Positions 1 through 11,200 are shown, counted from the stretch's first letter. The stretch: DNA of 64,000 nucleotides from Candidatus Poribacteria bacterium (GCA_965242965.1 OZ251518.1:4416001-4480000); one strand, 5' to 3'. Translations and numbers: made by a program. The notes: a model not told the origin generated them from the letters alone.

Positions 1-2
1 GG

Positions 3-614
3 AAGGAAAATAAGTTTTACGAAATCCGTTACCCGCACAAGCGGTGCCGGAAATGCGGCTATTTGCTGAAGGACTACGGCGGAAAGAAAAAGATTTTGCA
101 CCCGTTCGGTCCGCTTGTTTCCGACACCTGGTCGGATATTCATCGCATCCGCCACAATAAGCATCGCGACGCACATCCGTGTCAACTTCCCATCCATCTC
201 TTGGAACGTCTCCTTTTGATGAGCACCGATGAGGGAGATGTAATCCTAGATCCGTTCATGGGCACTGGCACGACAGCAGTCGCAGCGGCGCGATTAGGCC
301 GCAACGTTATCGGTATTGATGTGGACAGTGACTATGTGAACATCACCCGTAGAAAGTTCGCGGAGGAATCGCCGCACCCGAAAATCGGCGATGTCTGGGT
401 AAGTTTCTATCGCGGTGAGATAGTCACCATTGCTAATAAAGACTGGGAACTGCTGAAACCGTATTTCATCATCCCGGCGGACGCGAAGCATATTGATTTT
501 GAAAAGATTCGAGGCGGCCGCACCGTAGCAACGCCGAAAAGGAAAACGTCGCAACTTCACTTGGAGATTCAGGAGGAGTCCTGCGAGTGCTATGAGGATA
601 CCGACGCGCCGTAA
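3..614 (+). CDS. DNA methyltransferase (N4-C/N6-A, beta-class layout), 5'-partial
   Basis: Frame open from the window edge; 'HPCQLP..LLERL' followed by SAM-binding motif I 'ILDPFMGTGTT'. Confidence 0.85.
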   Translation, partial: KENKFYEIRYPHKRCRKCGYLLKDYGGKKKILHPFGPLVSDTWSDIHRIRHNKHRDAHPCQLPIHLLERLLLMSTDEGDVILDPFMGTGTTAVAAARLGRNVIGIDVDSDYVNITRRKFAEESPHPKIGDVWVSFYRGEIVTIANKDWELLKPYFIIPADAKHIDFEKIRGGRTVATPKRKTSQLHLEIQEESCECYEDTDAP

Positions 615-798
615 GCGCGAACGGGAGCGAATAGGCCCCGTGCAAGACGCACAGGGTGAGAATCCTATCCAACAGATTAACCACATTCTATGATATTCCT
701 GTTTTTTTTTCAACTAAAAAGCATTTCTGCCTAAAGGCGGCCCAGGTCCTAAAGACTTGGGTTTTTCTACTTTTAAGGTAAGAACGACATTTCCCCCG

Positions 799-823
799 GT
801 AGGAGAGACCTCCCGGTCTCGAT
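799..823 (+). repeat. Isolated GTAG-tagged REP-like palindrome (family C)
   Basis: GTAGGAGAGACCTCCCGGTCTCGAT; the same unit recurs many times in the window. Confidence 0.85.
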
Positions 824-892
824 GCGATTTCCTCCCGCGTCTTGATGCAATTTCCTCCCGCTTCTCAATACAATCTTCTACAATACATTGAC

Positions 893-921
893 TTGACTTT
901 TCATCGGAAATCGTGTAAACT
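893..921 (+). promoter_or_regulatory. Putative sigma70-type promoter of the sulfatase gene
   Basis: TTGACT-17 bp-TAAACT, followed by a GGAGG RBS before ATG 963. Confidence 0.55.
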
Positions 922-962
922 AAATGACATGAATAGCAAAACACGAAGGGAGGCAAAACAGA

Positions 963-2408
963 ATGTCTCAAAAACCGAACATCCTCTTTTTAATGAGTGA
1001 CGAACACAGCCCACACGCCATCGGATGTGAAGGCAACGAGATCGTGCAAACGCCGAATCTGGACAGACTCGCTGAATCGGGCAGTTACTTTGAGAGCGCC
1101 TATTGCCAAGTGCCGCTCTGCACACCGTCACGGATGTGCATGTTGACAGGAAAGCACGCGCACCGATGCTCAGCGTGGAATAACGGTTCCATCCTCTTCC
1201 CCGAACATCTCACGATGCCGGCGCACTTCGCGCAGCACGGCTACAGCACCGCGCTCATCGGCAAGATGCACTTCGGCGGCAAGGAGCAACTCAACGGCTT
1301 TCAGGCGCGCCCATACGGCGATTTGCGGGGCTACGCCGGACACCAGACAGATCCGCTCATCACGCGCGGCAAACGCCAACGGACAAGACTCGCAGGTATC
1401 ACCGAAATCCCGGCGAGTCTGCTGCAAGAACGTGTCATCAATACCGAGACGGTGGAATACCTCCGGGCACACCCTCGCGAAAAACCGTGGTTCCTGCTCG
1501 CGAGTTATAGCCGCCCGCATTTCCCGCTCACGGTGCCGAAACGCCTCTTTGATAAATATTGGCCCGATAACGTCGATATGCCGCACATCCCCGATGGACA
1601 CTTGGAACAGACGCACCCGTTCGCGAAGGGGCTCCGGGAGAACTTCAGAACGATGGATATTCCGGCGGAAGAGGCGCGGAAGGCACGCGCCGCTTACTAC
1701 GCCTGCTGCGAATTCCTTGACGAATGCATCGGCGATCTCCTCGCACTTTTGGAACGTGATGGATTGTTAGAAAATACCATCATCGTCTATACCACCGACC
1801 ACGGTGAGATGGCGGGTGATCATGGACAATGGTGGAAATCGAGTTACTATGAAGCGGCGGCGCGCGTCCCACTCATCATTAAAAACGGCGAGCAATCCGG
1901 ACGCATCAACGCACCAGTCGAACTCAACGATCTGTTTCCGACGCTCTGTGCCAGCGCGGGCATTCCTATCCCCGATGACTTAGACGGTTCAGATCTGGCG
2001 AATCTCATGGCAGGCAACACCGACGGTTGGCGCAACACAGCCATTACCGAATACTGGGCGCATCAGACAACCGGTCCGATGCGCATGCTGCGCACCTCGC
2101 ACTATAAATACGTCGATTTTCCCGCGCATGAGCCTATCCTGTTCGATTTAGCCGCCGACCCGGGCGAATTTGAGAACCTCGCCGGCAAGGCGGCGTATCG
2201 GCAGGTGGAAGCAGAATTGCACGAAAAACTGATGGCAGGATTTCGTTGGGAGGATGTTGCACAGCAGCAAGCGGCAGATAAGCAGCGAAGCCGAGAGTTC
2301 GCTGAGCCGTGGGGACGCGGCACCCCGAATCAGTATACCTTACCCGACGGCCGCGTCGTGGATGCGGAGACTTGTCTTTATAGTCCATCGGTTAGGGAAG
2401 GTGCTTAA
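963..2408 (+). CDS. Sulfatase (formylglycine-dependent, choline-sulfatase-like)
   Basis: KPNILFLMSDEH, CTPSR (CxPxR) motif, GKMHF, YTTDHG. Confidence 0.92.
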   Translation: MSQKPNILFLMSDEHSPHAIGCEGNEIVQTPNLDRLAESGSYFESAYCQVPLCTPSRMCMLTGKHAHRCSAWNNGSILFPEHLTMPAHFAQHGYSTALIGKMHFGGKEQLNGFQARPYGDLRGYAGHQTDPLITRGKRQRTRLAGITEIPASLLQERVINTETVEYLRAHPREKPWFLLASYSRPHFPLTVPKRLFDKYWPDNVDMPHIPDGHLEQTHPFAKGLRENFRTMDIPAEEARKARAAYYACCEFLDECIGDLLALLERDGLLENTIIVYTTDHGEMAGDHGQWWKSSYYEAAARVPLIIKNGEQSGRINAPVELNDLFPTLCASAGIPIPDDLDGSDLANLMAGNTDGWRNTAITEYWAHQTTGPMRMLRTSHYKYVDFPAHEPILFDLAADPGEFENLAGKAAYRQVEAELHEKLMAGFRWEDVAQQQAADKQRSREFAEPWGRGTPNQYTLPDGRVVDAETCLYSPSVREGA

Positions 2409-2453
2409 TAAGCCAAGGTCTGTCCCGCGCCACACCGCGAACTATCAATTACC

Positions 2454-2719
2454 GAGGGTGTTTCATAACTCTGTTTTGATATTTATCCCGCATTGGAGGG
2501 CGCGCGAATACCGGCTGGCATTGGGCCCACCTCTGTAGTTCGGGAGCACCCGCTCCCGAACGGGTCAGGATCAGGCGATCCTGACCTACAGAGGTGAAGA
2601 GGTCTGCCAGCCAAACGCATGGCGAGGGACAGGCCCTCGCCCTACGTGAAAGGGAGGCGTTTTTTCACCGTAGCGAGGGGCCTGTCACCGCGACGTTGAG
2701 CAATTTATGAAACACCCTC
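2454..2719. mobile_element. MITE-like element (266 bp) with 15-bp TIRs, carrying REP palindromes
   Basis: GAGGGTGTTTCATAA at 2454 and its exact reverse complement TTATGAAACACCCTC ending at 2719. Flanks AATTACC / AATTCACC (imperfect duplication). Homologous to 54211-54982 in the opposite orientation. Confidence 0.75.
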
Positions 2720-2792
2720 AATTCACCGTAGCGCGAACTATCAATTTACCTTCACCGTAGGGCGCGGGCCTGTCCCGCGCCATGCCGCACAC

Positions 2793-4739
2793 ATGAAATC
2801 AAACAACACACCAAATACAAAAATCCGATTTCCTGCCATCATTGTAGGCCTGCTTTTAGTGGGTGCGATGTGCGCTATCACCCCCTATAACAACTATTTC
2901 CTACAAAATTCCAAGATTGCAGGCAACCATCTCCCTGTCGGTTCGATTTTCGGGATTCTCCTGCTAGTGTTCCTCGTCAATATCCCGTTGCGGAAGTTGA
3001 TGAAGCGCGGCCGCTTCGCCTTCTCCGCGCCAGAATTGACAGTCGTCTGGATGATGCTCATCGTTGCGGTGGGCATCCCGTCAATGGGGCTGTTGCAATT
3101 TCTGCTTCCCTCCCTTGTGGCACTGCGTTACTTCGCGACTACCGAGAACGATTGGGCGGAAACCCTCCATCCGCATGTCCCCGAGTGGATGATAGTGACA
3201 GATGCGCGCGCCGTAACCGACTTCTATGAAGGCATCTCACCGGGCGAAAGCGTGCCGTGGCTGTTGTGGATTAAGCCGCTGCTGATATGGGGGCTCTTCG
3301 TCTTCGTCTTCTATCTCACGACGCTCTGCCTCTCTACGATTCTGCGGAAGCAGTGGGTAGAGCGCGAACGGTTCTCGTTTCCCCTGATTCAGATTCCTAT
3401 CCAATTGGCGGCGGAACCGGCGCGCGGCACGCTGCTCAACGCCTTTTTCAAAAACAGACTGCTTTGGGCAGGGATGGTGCTGCCGGTAATTTTGCATCTC
3501 ATTAACGGGTTGCATGCGCACTTTCCGACGGTGCCAGAAATCCCGCTGATTTACAACATCCACCGTGCCTTTACCGAAAAGCCGTGGCATACCCTCGGCT
3601 GGTGGCCCGCGATGCGCCTCGTCATCTATTTTTCTGTTATCGGCATCGCCTCACTGCTGACACTTGAAGTGTCGTTCAGTCTCTGGTTTTTCTACCTCTT
3701 TTTCAAGCTCCAATACATTATCATGAATGCGAGCGGGTTGAGCATTAGCCCGTGGATTAGTTGCAGTCGTCAGGTGATGGGCGGCTATCTCGTCTTCGTG
3801 CCTGCCGTGTTTTGGATAGGGCGCGAACACATCGCCGATATTTTTCGGAAGACGTTCTCCCATTCCGCTGTCAACGATGCCAATGAACCGCTCCCGTATC
3901 GCACGGCACTGCTCGGTTTCCTGCTCGGATTCGCCATCCTCACCGTCTTTCTAGTCGTCGCAGGCATGACAACGTGGGTGGCGGTAGTGACGCTCCTCTC
4001 TATTTTTATCACCTCCATCGTCTTAACGTGGATGGTGGTGAACGGGGGGTTGTTGCTGGTGCAGGCACCTTTTTTTCCATCAGAATACATTGACATTACG
4101 CTCGGTTCTGGCGCGTTAGGACAGAAAAGCACCGCCATTCTCAGCTTCCAGCGCACCTTCCTGCGGGATTGGGGAGAATTCATGATGCCGAATTTCCTGC
4201 ACAGTTTCAAAGCCGCCGATGAAGTGCGGCTTGCGCGCAGAAAAGTGGTGCCGATAATGGGTATCGCCATCGCGGTCGCGGTGCTCGTTTCAGTTTACTT
4301 CTCGCTGACGCTTATCTACGACAAAGGCGCGCTGTTTCTGCAAAGTTGGAGTTTCGTCGTCGCGCCACGTAACTATTTCCAACGCATGAGCAGCCTCATC
4401 CAATTCCCCGTTGAGACGAAGTGGGACGAGATTTACAGCATGATTGCGGGTGCCGGTTTCACTGGCTTCATGCTCTGGATGCGCCAAAATTTTGTGTGGT
4501 GGTCCCTCCATCCTATCGGCTATTTGCTCGGTGCGACGTATCCGCCGTTCCATCTCTGGTCTTCGATTTTAATCGGGTGGTTCATTAAATACAGCGCGCT
4601 GAAGTTCGGTGGTGCTTCGACATATCGGAAGTTGCGTCCGGTAGCGTTCGGCTTAATCTTCGGTGAATACGTGATGGTTGGCGTGTGGATGATAGTGGGC
4701 TTTTTTACCGGGATAGGTTATTTTGCGCTGCCATCGTGA
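2793..4739 (+). CDS. Polytopic membrane protein, DUF6785/DUF6784-like (putative transporter)
   Basis: 648 aa with many TM segments; 'ILRKQWVERERFSFPL' and 'WWSLHPIGY' motifs. Confidence 0.7.
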   Translation: MKSNNTPNTKIRFPAIIVGLLLVGAMCAITPYNNYFLQNSKIAGNHLPVGSIFGILLLVFLVNIPLRKLMKRGRFAFSAPELTVVWMMLIVAVGIPSMGLLQFLLPSLVALRYFATTENDWAETLHPHVPEWMIVTDARAVTDFYEGISPGESVPWLLWIKPLLIWGLFVFVFYLTTLCLSTILRKQWVERERFSFPLIQIPIQLAAEPARGTLLNAFFKNRLLWAGMVLPVILHLINGLHAHFPTVPEIPLIYNIHRAFTEKPWHTLGWWPAMRLVIYFSVIGIASLLTLEVSFSLWFFYLFFKLQYIIMNASGLSISPWISCSRQVMGGYLVFVPAVFWIGREHIADIFRKTFSHSAVNDANEPLPYRTALLGFLLGFAILTVFLVVAGMTTWVAVVTLLSIFITSIVLTWMVVNGGLLLVQAPFFPSEYIDITLGSGALGQKSTAILSFQRTFLRDWGEFMMPNFLHSFKAADEVRLARRKVVPIMGIAIAVAVLVSVYFSLTLIYDKGALFLQSWSFVVAPRNYFQRMSSLIQFPVETKWDEIYSMIAGAGFTGFMLWMRQNFVWWSLHPIGYLLGATYPPFHLWSSILIGWFIKYSALKFGGASTYRKLRPVAFGLIFGEYVMVGVWMIVGFFTGIGYFALPS

Positions 4740-4760
4740 TGAGGAGAATTAGCAAGAAAT

Positions 4761-5354
4761 GAGCAGGATTTACACGATTGGAGCAGGATTATCACGATTA
4801 TCATGATTTACCAGGATTAGGCGCAGAAAACTGTAGTTCGGGCTCGCCTGATTCCGAACGGCGCATGGCGAGGAGAACCCCTTCCGGGCCCGTAGCGCGG
4901 GGGCCTGTCCCCCGTGATCGCTCGACCCGCGCGAAAAACGCACGCCAACCAACGCCGTTTCCCCGATCGAGGCATGGCGAGGGACAGGCCCTCGCCCTAC
5001 GGTGAAAGGCACCGTTCTTAGTCCCGTAGCGCGGGGGCCTGTCCCCCGCGATCGCACGACCCGCGCGAAAAACGAACGCAGACCAACGCCGTTTCCCCGA
5101 TCGAGGCATGGCGAGGGACAGGCCCTCGCCCTACGGTGAAAGGCACCGTTCTTAGGCCCGTAGCGCGGGGGCCCTCGCCTGCCATACGCGCAGGCGAGCG
5201 GGTTTCCCCCGCGATCGCACGACCCGCGCGAAAACCGCACGCCGGCCAAGGCCGCTTCCCGTTCCGATCGATGCATGGCGAGGGACAGGCCCTCTCCCTA
5301 CGGTAATCGGCACGTTTTTTTCACCGTAGCGCGGGGGCCTGTCCCCCGCGATCG
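4761..5354. repeat. Composite REP cluster (families A, B, D plus ~9-nt periodic GATT tract)
   Basis: Alternating GTAGCGCGGGGGCCTGTCCCCCGCG and GGCGAGGGACAGGCCCTCGCCCTAC units in larger repeated modules; spurious ORFs reading RGTGPRAT/VARGPVPR. Confidence 0.92.
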
Positions 5355-5362
5355 CTCGTGAA

Positions 5363-6178
5363 TCACGCATCATCTCCCGTTTCGTCCAACTGATGCACAA
5401 CGGCAAGCGGTGTCGCGGCGAGCAAACCCGCATCAATCGGAATCACAACCCCCGAAATCCATTTAGATTCATCGCTGGCGAGAAAAACCGTCGCCCATGC
5501 GACATCCCACGCTGTCCCCTCCGTGCCGAGCGGCCCGATGAGACGGCGACGTTCTCGTTCCGCTTCGCTTAGATACGGTGCCGGAAATGAGGCGTAGAGA
5601 TGCCCCGGCGCAATGCAATTAACGCGGATATTGTCCCTGCCGTGATGCACCGCCATCACCTTCGTCGTAGAAATCATGCCGCCCTTCGCCGCCGCGTAAG
5701 GCACGTTTCGGACAGACCCGGCACGCAACGCGTCAATTGAGGAAACGTTGATGATGGAGCCGCCGCCTGCCTCAGCCATCCGCGGCACGGCATGCTTGCA
5801 CGCCATAATCATGCTTTTCAGGTTCACATCCATGACGCGGTCCCACTTCGCTTCCTCCACCTGCGTCACCATGCCGGAACCGCCCAAACCGACGTTGTTA
5901 AACAAGACGTTCACTTTTCCAAACGTTGCGACAGCGGCATCCACCATCGCGGCGCAATCTGTTTCTTTGGACAAATCGCCGATGAACACCGATGCTTCAC
6001 CGTCTTCCGCCTCAATTGCCGCGAGGGTGGCATCGGCGTTTTCGGGAGAAATGTCCGCTAGTAGCACTTTCGCGCCTTCCCGCGCGAATAGCATGGATGT
6101 CGCGTAGCCGGTGCCGTCAACTTCTCCTTTCCGACCGGCACCCGTAACAATGGCAACTTTCCCGCTTAATCGATTCAT
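5363..6178 (-). CDS. Short-chain dehydrogenase/reductase (SDR)
   Basis: Start MNRLSGKVAIVTGAG after an AGGAG RBS; NNVG, YxxxK (YAAAK), IRVNCIAPG. Confidence 0.9.
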   Translation of the reverse strand: MNRLSGKVAIVTGAGRKGEVDGTGYATSMLFAREGAKVLLADISPENADATLAAIEAEDGEASVFIGDLSKETDCAAMVDAAVATFGKVNVLFNNVGLGGSGMVTQVEEAKWDRVMDVNLKSMIMACKHAVPRMAEAGGGSIINVSSIDALRAGSVRNVPYAAAKGGMISTTKVMAVHHGRDNIRVNCIAPGHLYASFPAPYLSEAERERRRLIGPLGTEGTAWDVAWATVFLASDESKWISGVVIPIDAGLLAATPLAVVHQLDETGDDA

Positions 6179-6262
6179 AGGTGACTCCTTTTGGCTTAGG
6201 TAAAGGCTATAGGCGGAAACCATAGAAATCCGTTCTGCAGGTATCGGGACAGGGAGAGGAGG

Positions 6263-6341
6263 CATCGAGACTGGGAGGGATGCATCGAGACCAGGAGGTC
6301 TCTCCTACCGGAACGCATCGAGACCAGGAGGTCTCTCCTAC
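6263..6341 (-). repeat. Tandem family C REP units
   Basis: CATCGAGACCAGGAGGTCTCTCCTAC twice plus one partial copy. Confidence 0.85.
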
Positions 6342-6358
6342 TGCCACTGGCAAATCGC

Positions 6359-7525
6359 CTAAATGCCGAGGTGTTCGTTAATCTCCTTTTGGTAGCCTTC
6401 CAATTCGCAGCTTTCGATTTCCGCGAGTGTCACCGGGCGGCCGAACCAGCCCGATTCATACACCGCCATGCAGATAGCCTGGGAACGCAAGCCTTCCAAC
6501 CCATCAACTTCCGGTTTACCGCCGTTCCGAATCGCATCGGCGAAGTATTTGAGTTCGATCGCCACTGTATCTTCAACGCCGCCGGGGAAGTAGTATTCCC
6601 GCTCATCGTTGGTGAGGCTGTCCATGAACTCCCGCTCCAGTTCGTTATTAGGGATAGGTTCGCCGCCGCGCGGTATCAACCCCTTCCTAAAATCAAGCGC
6701 GCCTTCACTGCCGTAAACGGTGTGTTGATTGAAATGGTGTCCGGGTGCGGAGCCAACCCAGGTCCACTGCGCCGTAACGCCTTGCTCAAACTTGATGGTG
6801 GCTATCATCGCATCCTCAACGTCAACGGCGTAGCCGCCCTCTCTTTCGGCGGGATTGTCATAGCGATAAGGTTCGTAAGCCTTGTTAATGGCGTAGACTT
6901 CCTCCGCTTCCATGCCGAGGATGAAGCGCATTAGATCCGTGAAATGCACGCCGCCGTCCAATGCCCAGCCGCCCCCTGCATCCATCTTGAAGTTGCGCCA
7001 GCCCCACTTCCCCAAGCCTTCGTTTACCTCAATCCAGAAGAACATGCGCGGTTCGCCAATGCGTCCCTCCGCGACTGCCCATCGGCGGGTGCGTTGGCTG
7101 CGTGCCAACCGATAGTTCTCGGCGACAGAGATGATTTTGTCATTCTTCTCCGCCGCTTCCATCATCAGTTTGCAGGCGCGCATCGTGATACCGAAAGGCT
7201 TCTCAATAATGACATGCTTCCCTGCATCCAATGCCGGCACGGCGAGGGTGTGGTGCGCGCTGTGCAACGCGCAGATGTCCACGCATGCCAACTCCGGATG
7301 TTTCGCCAGCATCTTATCAAGTTCGGTATACACCGCAGGTTTCGTGCCGCCTTGGAATTCGTGCGCTTGATTCGCGCGTTCCTCGGCGCGTTCCAGTTCG
7401 ATGTCGCACGCCGCGACGATGTCGTAATCGCGGATGCCTTTCTCCCACAAGTTGCGATAGCCGCCCATGTGCGCGCCGGACATTCCTCCGCAGCCGACTA
7501 ATCCCATTTTAATTCGTTCTGCCAT
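6359..7525 (-). CDS. Gfo/Idh/MocA family oxidoreductase
   Basis: GLVGCGG Rossmann start, GKHVIIEKP, GGWALDGGVHFTD. Confidence 0.9.
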   Translation of the reverse strand: MAERIKMGLVGCGGMSGAHMGGYRNLWEKGIRDYDIVAACDIELERAEERANQAHEFQGGTKPAVYTELDKMLAKHPELACVDICALHSAHHTLAVPALDAGKHVIIEKPFGITMRACKLMMEAAEKNDKIISVAENYRLARSQRTRRWAVAEGRIGEPRMFFWIEVNEGLGKWGWRNFKMDAGGGWALDGGVHFTDLMRFILGMEAEEVYAINKAYEPYRYDNPAEREGGYAVDVEDAMIATIKFEQGVTAQWTWVGSAPGHHFNQHTVYGSEGALDFRKGLIPRGGEPIPNNELEREFMDSLTNDEREYYFPGGVEDTVAIELKYFADAIRNGGKPEVDGLEGLRSQAICMAVYESGWFGRPVTLAEIESCELEGYQKEINEHLGI

Positions 7526-7560
7526 GTCAGTCTCCCTCGTTTGTGAAATGTATTTTGCGT

Positions 7561-7589
7561 ATTGTATGCGATTTGCGATGAGATGTCAA
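7561..7589 (-). promoter_or_regulatory. Putative sigma70-type promoter
   Basis: Minus strand TTGACA-17 bp-TACAAT upstream of 7525. Confidence 0.6.
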
Positions 7590-7650
7590 GTTTTTTCTGC
7601 GTTGCCGAGGGTGAATGTAGGGAGGGAAATAAGAATGGTACCGTGCCAAG

Positions 7651-8236
7651 CAGGAGCAGGATTTGCAAGATTATCACGATTAGCAAGAAAGGAGCAGAAG
7701 ACTATAGCTCGGGATCGCCTGATCCCGAACGTGGCATGGCGAGGCGAACCCCTTCCGGGCCCGTAGCGCGGGGGCCTGTCCCCCGCGATCGTTCGATCTG
7801 CGCGAAAAACGCACGCCGACCCAGGCCGTTTTCCCGACCGAGGCACGGCGAGGGACAGGCCCTCGCCCTACGGTAAACGGCACGCTTTTTTTTTACCGTA
7901 GCGCGGGGGCCCTCGCCTGCCACACGCGCAGGCGAGCGGGTTTCCCCCGCGATCACACCCGCGAAAAACATCTCTTCAGTCCTAAAGGACCTAGTGAGAG
8001 AACTGTAGGACAAGAGCACCTGCTCTGGATCCGTTCGGGAGCGGGCGCTCCCGAACTACAGATGTCGGCAGGTCGAGAGATCGCGGGGGACAGGCCCCCG
8101 CGCTACGGGACCACAAACGGTGCCTTTCACCGTAGGGCGGGGGCCTGTCCCTCGCCATGCAACGATCGCGGGGGACAGGCCCCCGCGCTACGGGACCAGG
8201 ACGAAAAAAACGCGGGGGACAAGCCCCCGCGTTACG
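7651..8236. repeat. Composite REP cluster
   Basis: Families A, B and D, a nested-hairpin variant and a periodic GATT tract. Confidence 0.92.
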
Positions 8237-8254
8237 AACGAATAACAGCACGAA

Positions 8255-11200
8255 TTACTCCCGCTGCTTGACTTCACCAAACGTTGTCAACGAACGATTC
8301 GCCGGCGAAACGGGACCCGGTAAGTAACGTGTCCGCAACGTCTCCGGCCGACCACCTAACGAAACCTCCTCGATCTGATAGTAATACTCAACCCCAGGCT
8401 TCGCAGACGTATCCGTAAACGTATACGTTTGACGCTCACCTGTCGTGCCGGCACCGGCGATGAGGACAGGATTCAAAAGCGTGAACCCACTCTCGCGTTT
8501 CAGACTCCGACGCAGATTAAATCCAGCGTTGTCGACTTCCGATTCGGTTGTCCATGTGACGACAACCGGACCGGCATCGGTACGCGTGAGGGTGAAACTT
8601 GACAATTCCACAGGCAAGGCACCACCTTGACGATACCCCGGCGTGCCGATGTCATCGGCATGGCCATAATGCAACGATTCAACTTTGAATTGGTTGAAAT
8701 GCGCCGCTAATGCCCAATTCGACTTCAGCATGCCATCGCGCGCCACCGCGCCTTTGTCATAACGACGGACGACCGAACTCCGCGCGCCATCCCTGCGATT
8801 CGTGGGCCACACCCACACCGGCGCGTCATCGGTGCGACGATTGTCATCGATGTTCCCGACCTCGTCTATCTTCGTGCCGTTTCTGTCAGACAATTTCAGA
8901 TAGAATCCCTCGCCACTCAAGAAGGTATCGCGCGCCGTTTTGATGCGCAGATTCTTCTCGTGCAGTTTCAGCAGGTTGTAAACCCGGTCTTCAGGGAAGA
9001 CATCTGCCGAGGAAGCGCGGGCATCTCCGGCCACTATCAAGAGGGTCTGATTCGGTTGAATCACCTTCTCTTCCAATGTCAACGTCACAATCGGTCTGCC
9101 AACCAGGTCGTGGGAATTCCGATTCTGAATCTCTAACTGCCAGCGATCCAGATTCAGTGCCTCGGTTTTCGACTTGTTATACAATTCTATCCATTGCGGC
9201 AATGTGCCGCCCTCGGAATCAAACATGATTTCGCTGATAGTCACTGCACCTTTCGGCGTAGATGCCTCCGTTTTGACAGCACCATTCGGATAGCCCGGTG
9301 TGCCAGCAGTGGCAGCCGACCGCGTCACTTTTCTATCATAGCCGATACCAGTAAACGCAGCTTCTGCCCAGGCATCTCGATGATACCCAATAATATCCGC
9401 TTTCGCGCGCTGCCAGACCTTGCCGGAACTTAGCGCGTCTTCGGTGGCATCACCAGGAGCCTCAAGCACCTGCAGGGGCCAGACATGCGTATCGTAATCG
9501 CCTGTCTCGTCACGGATGAACGCATCGGTATCACTGCCGCCGCCACCGGCGACATCGATGAATGCTTCATCCAAGCCGAGTTTCTTCGTTGCATTGCGGA
9601 GAATTAACAGGAATTTGCCATCATCTGGCAGTGAGAGGCCGTCATCCACTAAAGAGGCATGCGATAACCCCTTATTTTCTCCACCGGCGAGTGGTGTTTT
9701 GTCCGAAGGCATGTTGGTAATCAGCAACAAACTGTTTGCCGGCACACTCACATCGGAAAACCTAATGAGCAACGTATCCTCTTTTTTGCCATCGGCGACA
9801 ACGGAGAGCTCCCAGTCTTTGAGGGAGACATCCGAACCGGTGACATTGCGGAATTCTAGCCAGTCGTTTGTTGCATCACTGCCATTGCCGAGTTCGTTGA
9901 AGACGATGGGAGAACGCGGCACAGCCGATGCAACCGCCTTTGAGACAGTGTCATCCTGCGGGATGTAAACCACCGGGGTCACCGCCACGTCAAACGTTCT
10001 CGTCGGCTCAGTGGACGAATCCGGGACCGGCGCAGGCTGACCGGCAGCCATCGCCGGATCTGCCGTTCCAACACGCACAAGGCCTGATGCAGCCTTCAAC
10101 GTCGTCTCACGCGGAACAGCCAAACTGTTGATACTGTCAATCTCCACGCTAATCGATGCGGCAGGAGGATCGGTCGCTTGCAAGACATACACAAACGGCA
10201 CAATCGTCGAACCCGAACGCTCCTCGCCTTGCTGCCATGTGGCATGACGCGCATTGGCGGCCTCTCGCGCACCGAGGTAGATTGTCACATACGGCGGATT
10301 TTCGCCTTCATAAGTCAATCCATCCTGCGCAAACGGCACTTCAACGGTGATCTCGCTACCCGCAAGATACGCACCGCCTTCTGGCTCAACGACTTTAATC
10401 TCATCCGCATCTACCTGCACCGTGTCTACCGGCACCGTGACACTGTTCGATGCCAAATTGCCGATGTCAGTGTGGGCAAACACCGTATCTGCTGGCACTT
10501 GGAACGTCATCTCCCCTTTAAAGCCGAGCGCGGGCACCACCCTCACCTGATACCGCAACCACGCATCTGCCGCCTCGGGACGGCTGACTGTCACCGTGCC
10601 ACCCTCAACACCTGCCGACAGCGCAGTTTGCAACGTCGAGAGAAGCTCTTCGCTCGTCACATTATGATACGCAGCGGTTTTCCCGACTGCACCGTAGTCC
10701 TCCTGGAAGCGCAATGTCAACGTAAACGTCCCGGTTTGTGTCCCCGATGGCCCGTCTATCACTGTCATCGCGGCGACAGGGTCCTGCACTATCGTCGGAT
10801 AGTTGATAGCGCCCTTGGCGGTATCATACGTGGGCGGAAAGAGGTGAGGGAACTTCTTCGCCTCAACATCTTCCGCATAAAAACCAGGCGAGACAGTATA
10901 GTGCCGTATGCGACCATCTGAGACGATGTTATTGTACTGCAGATCGCGATCCTCCAACCCGTTATCAATTATTGGGAGGTAGTCAAGAAGACCGTCGTCG
11001 TTGCTGTCAAGGTCTGTCTTTTTGATGTAGTAAGGCTCATCAGCCTTATGGCCGCGATGGTATACGTTATATCGATCTTGAGGATTACCAGTATAAGCAG
11101 TATCAGGAGCCGTAGAAGTAAATTGCTTCCTGTGGTCACGATACTCCGTCCTCTTGGCGACATCCGTGCTCTCTGGGTAGGGGATGTAACCATTGTCTCC

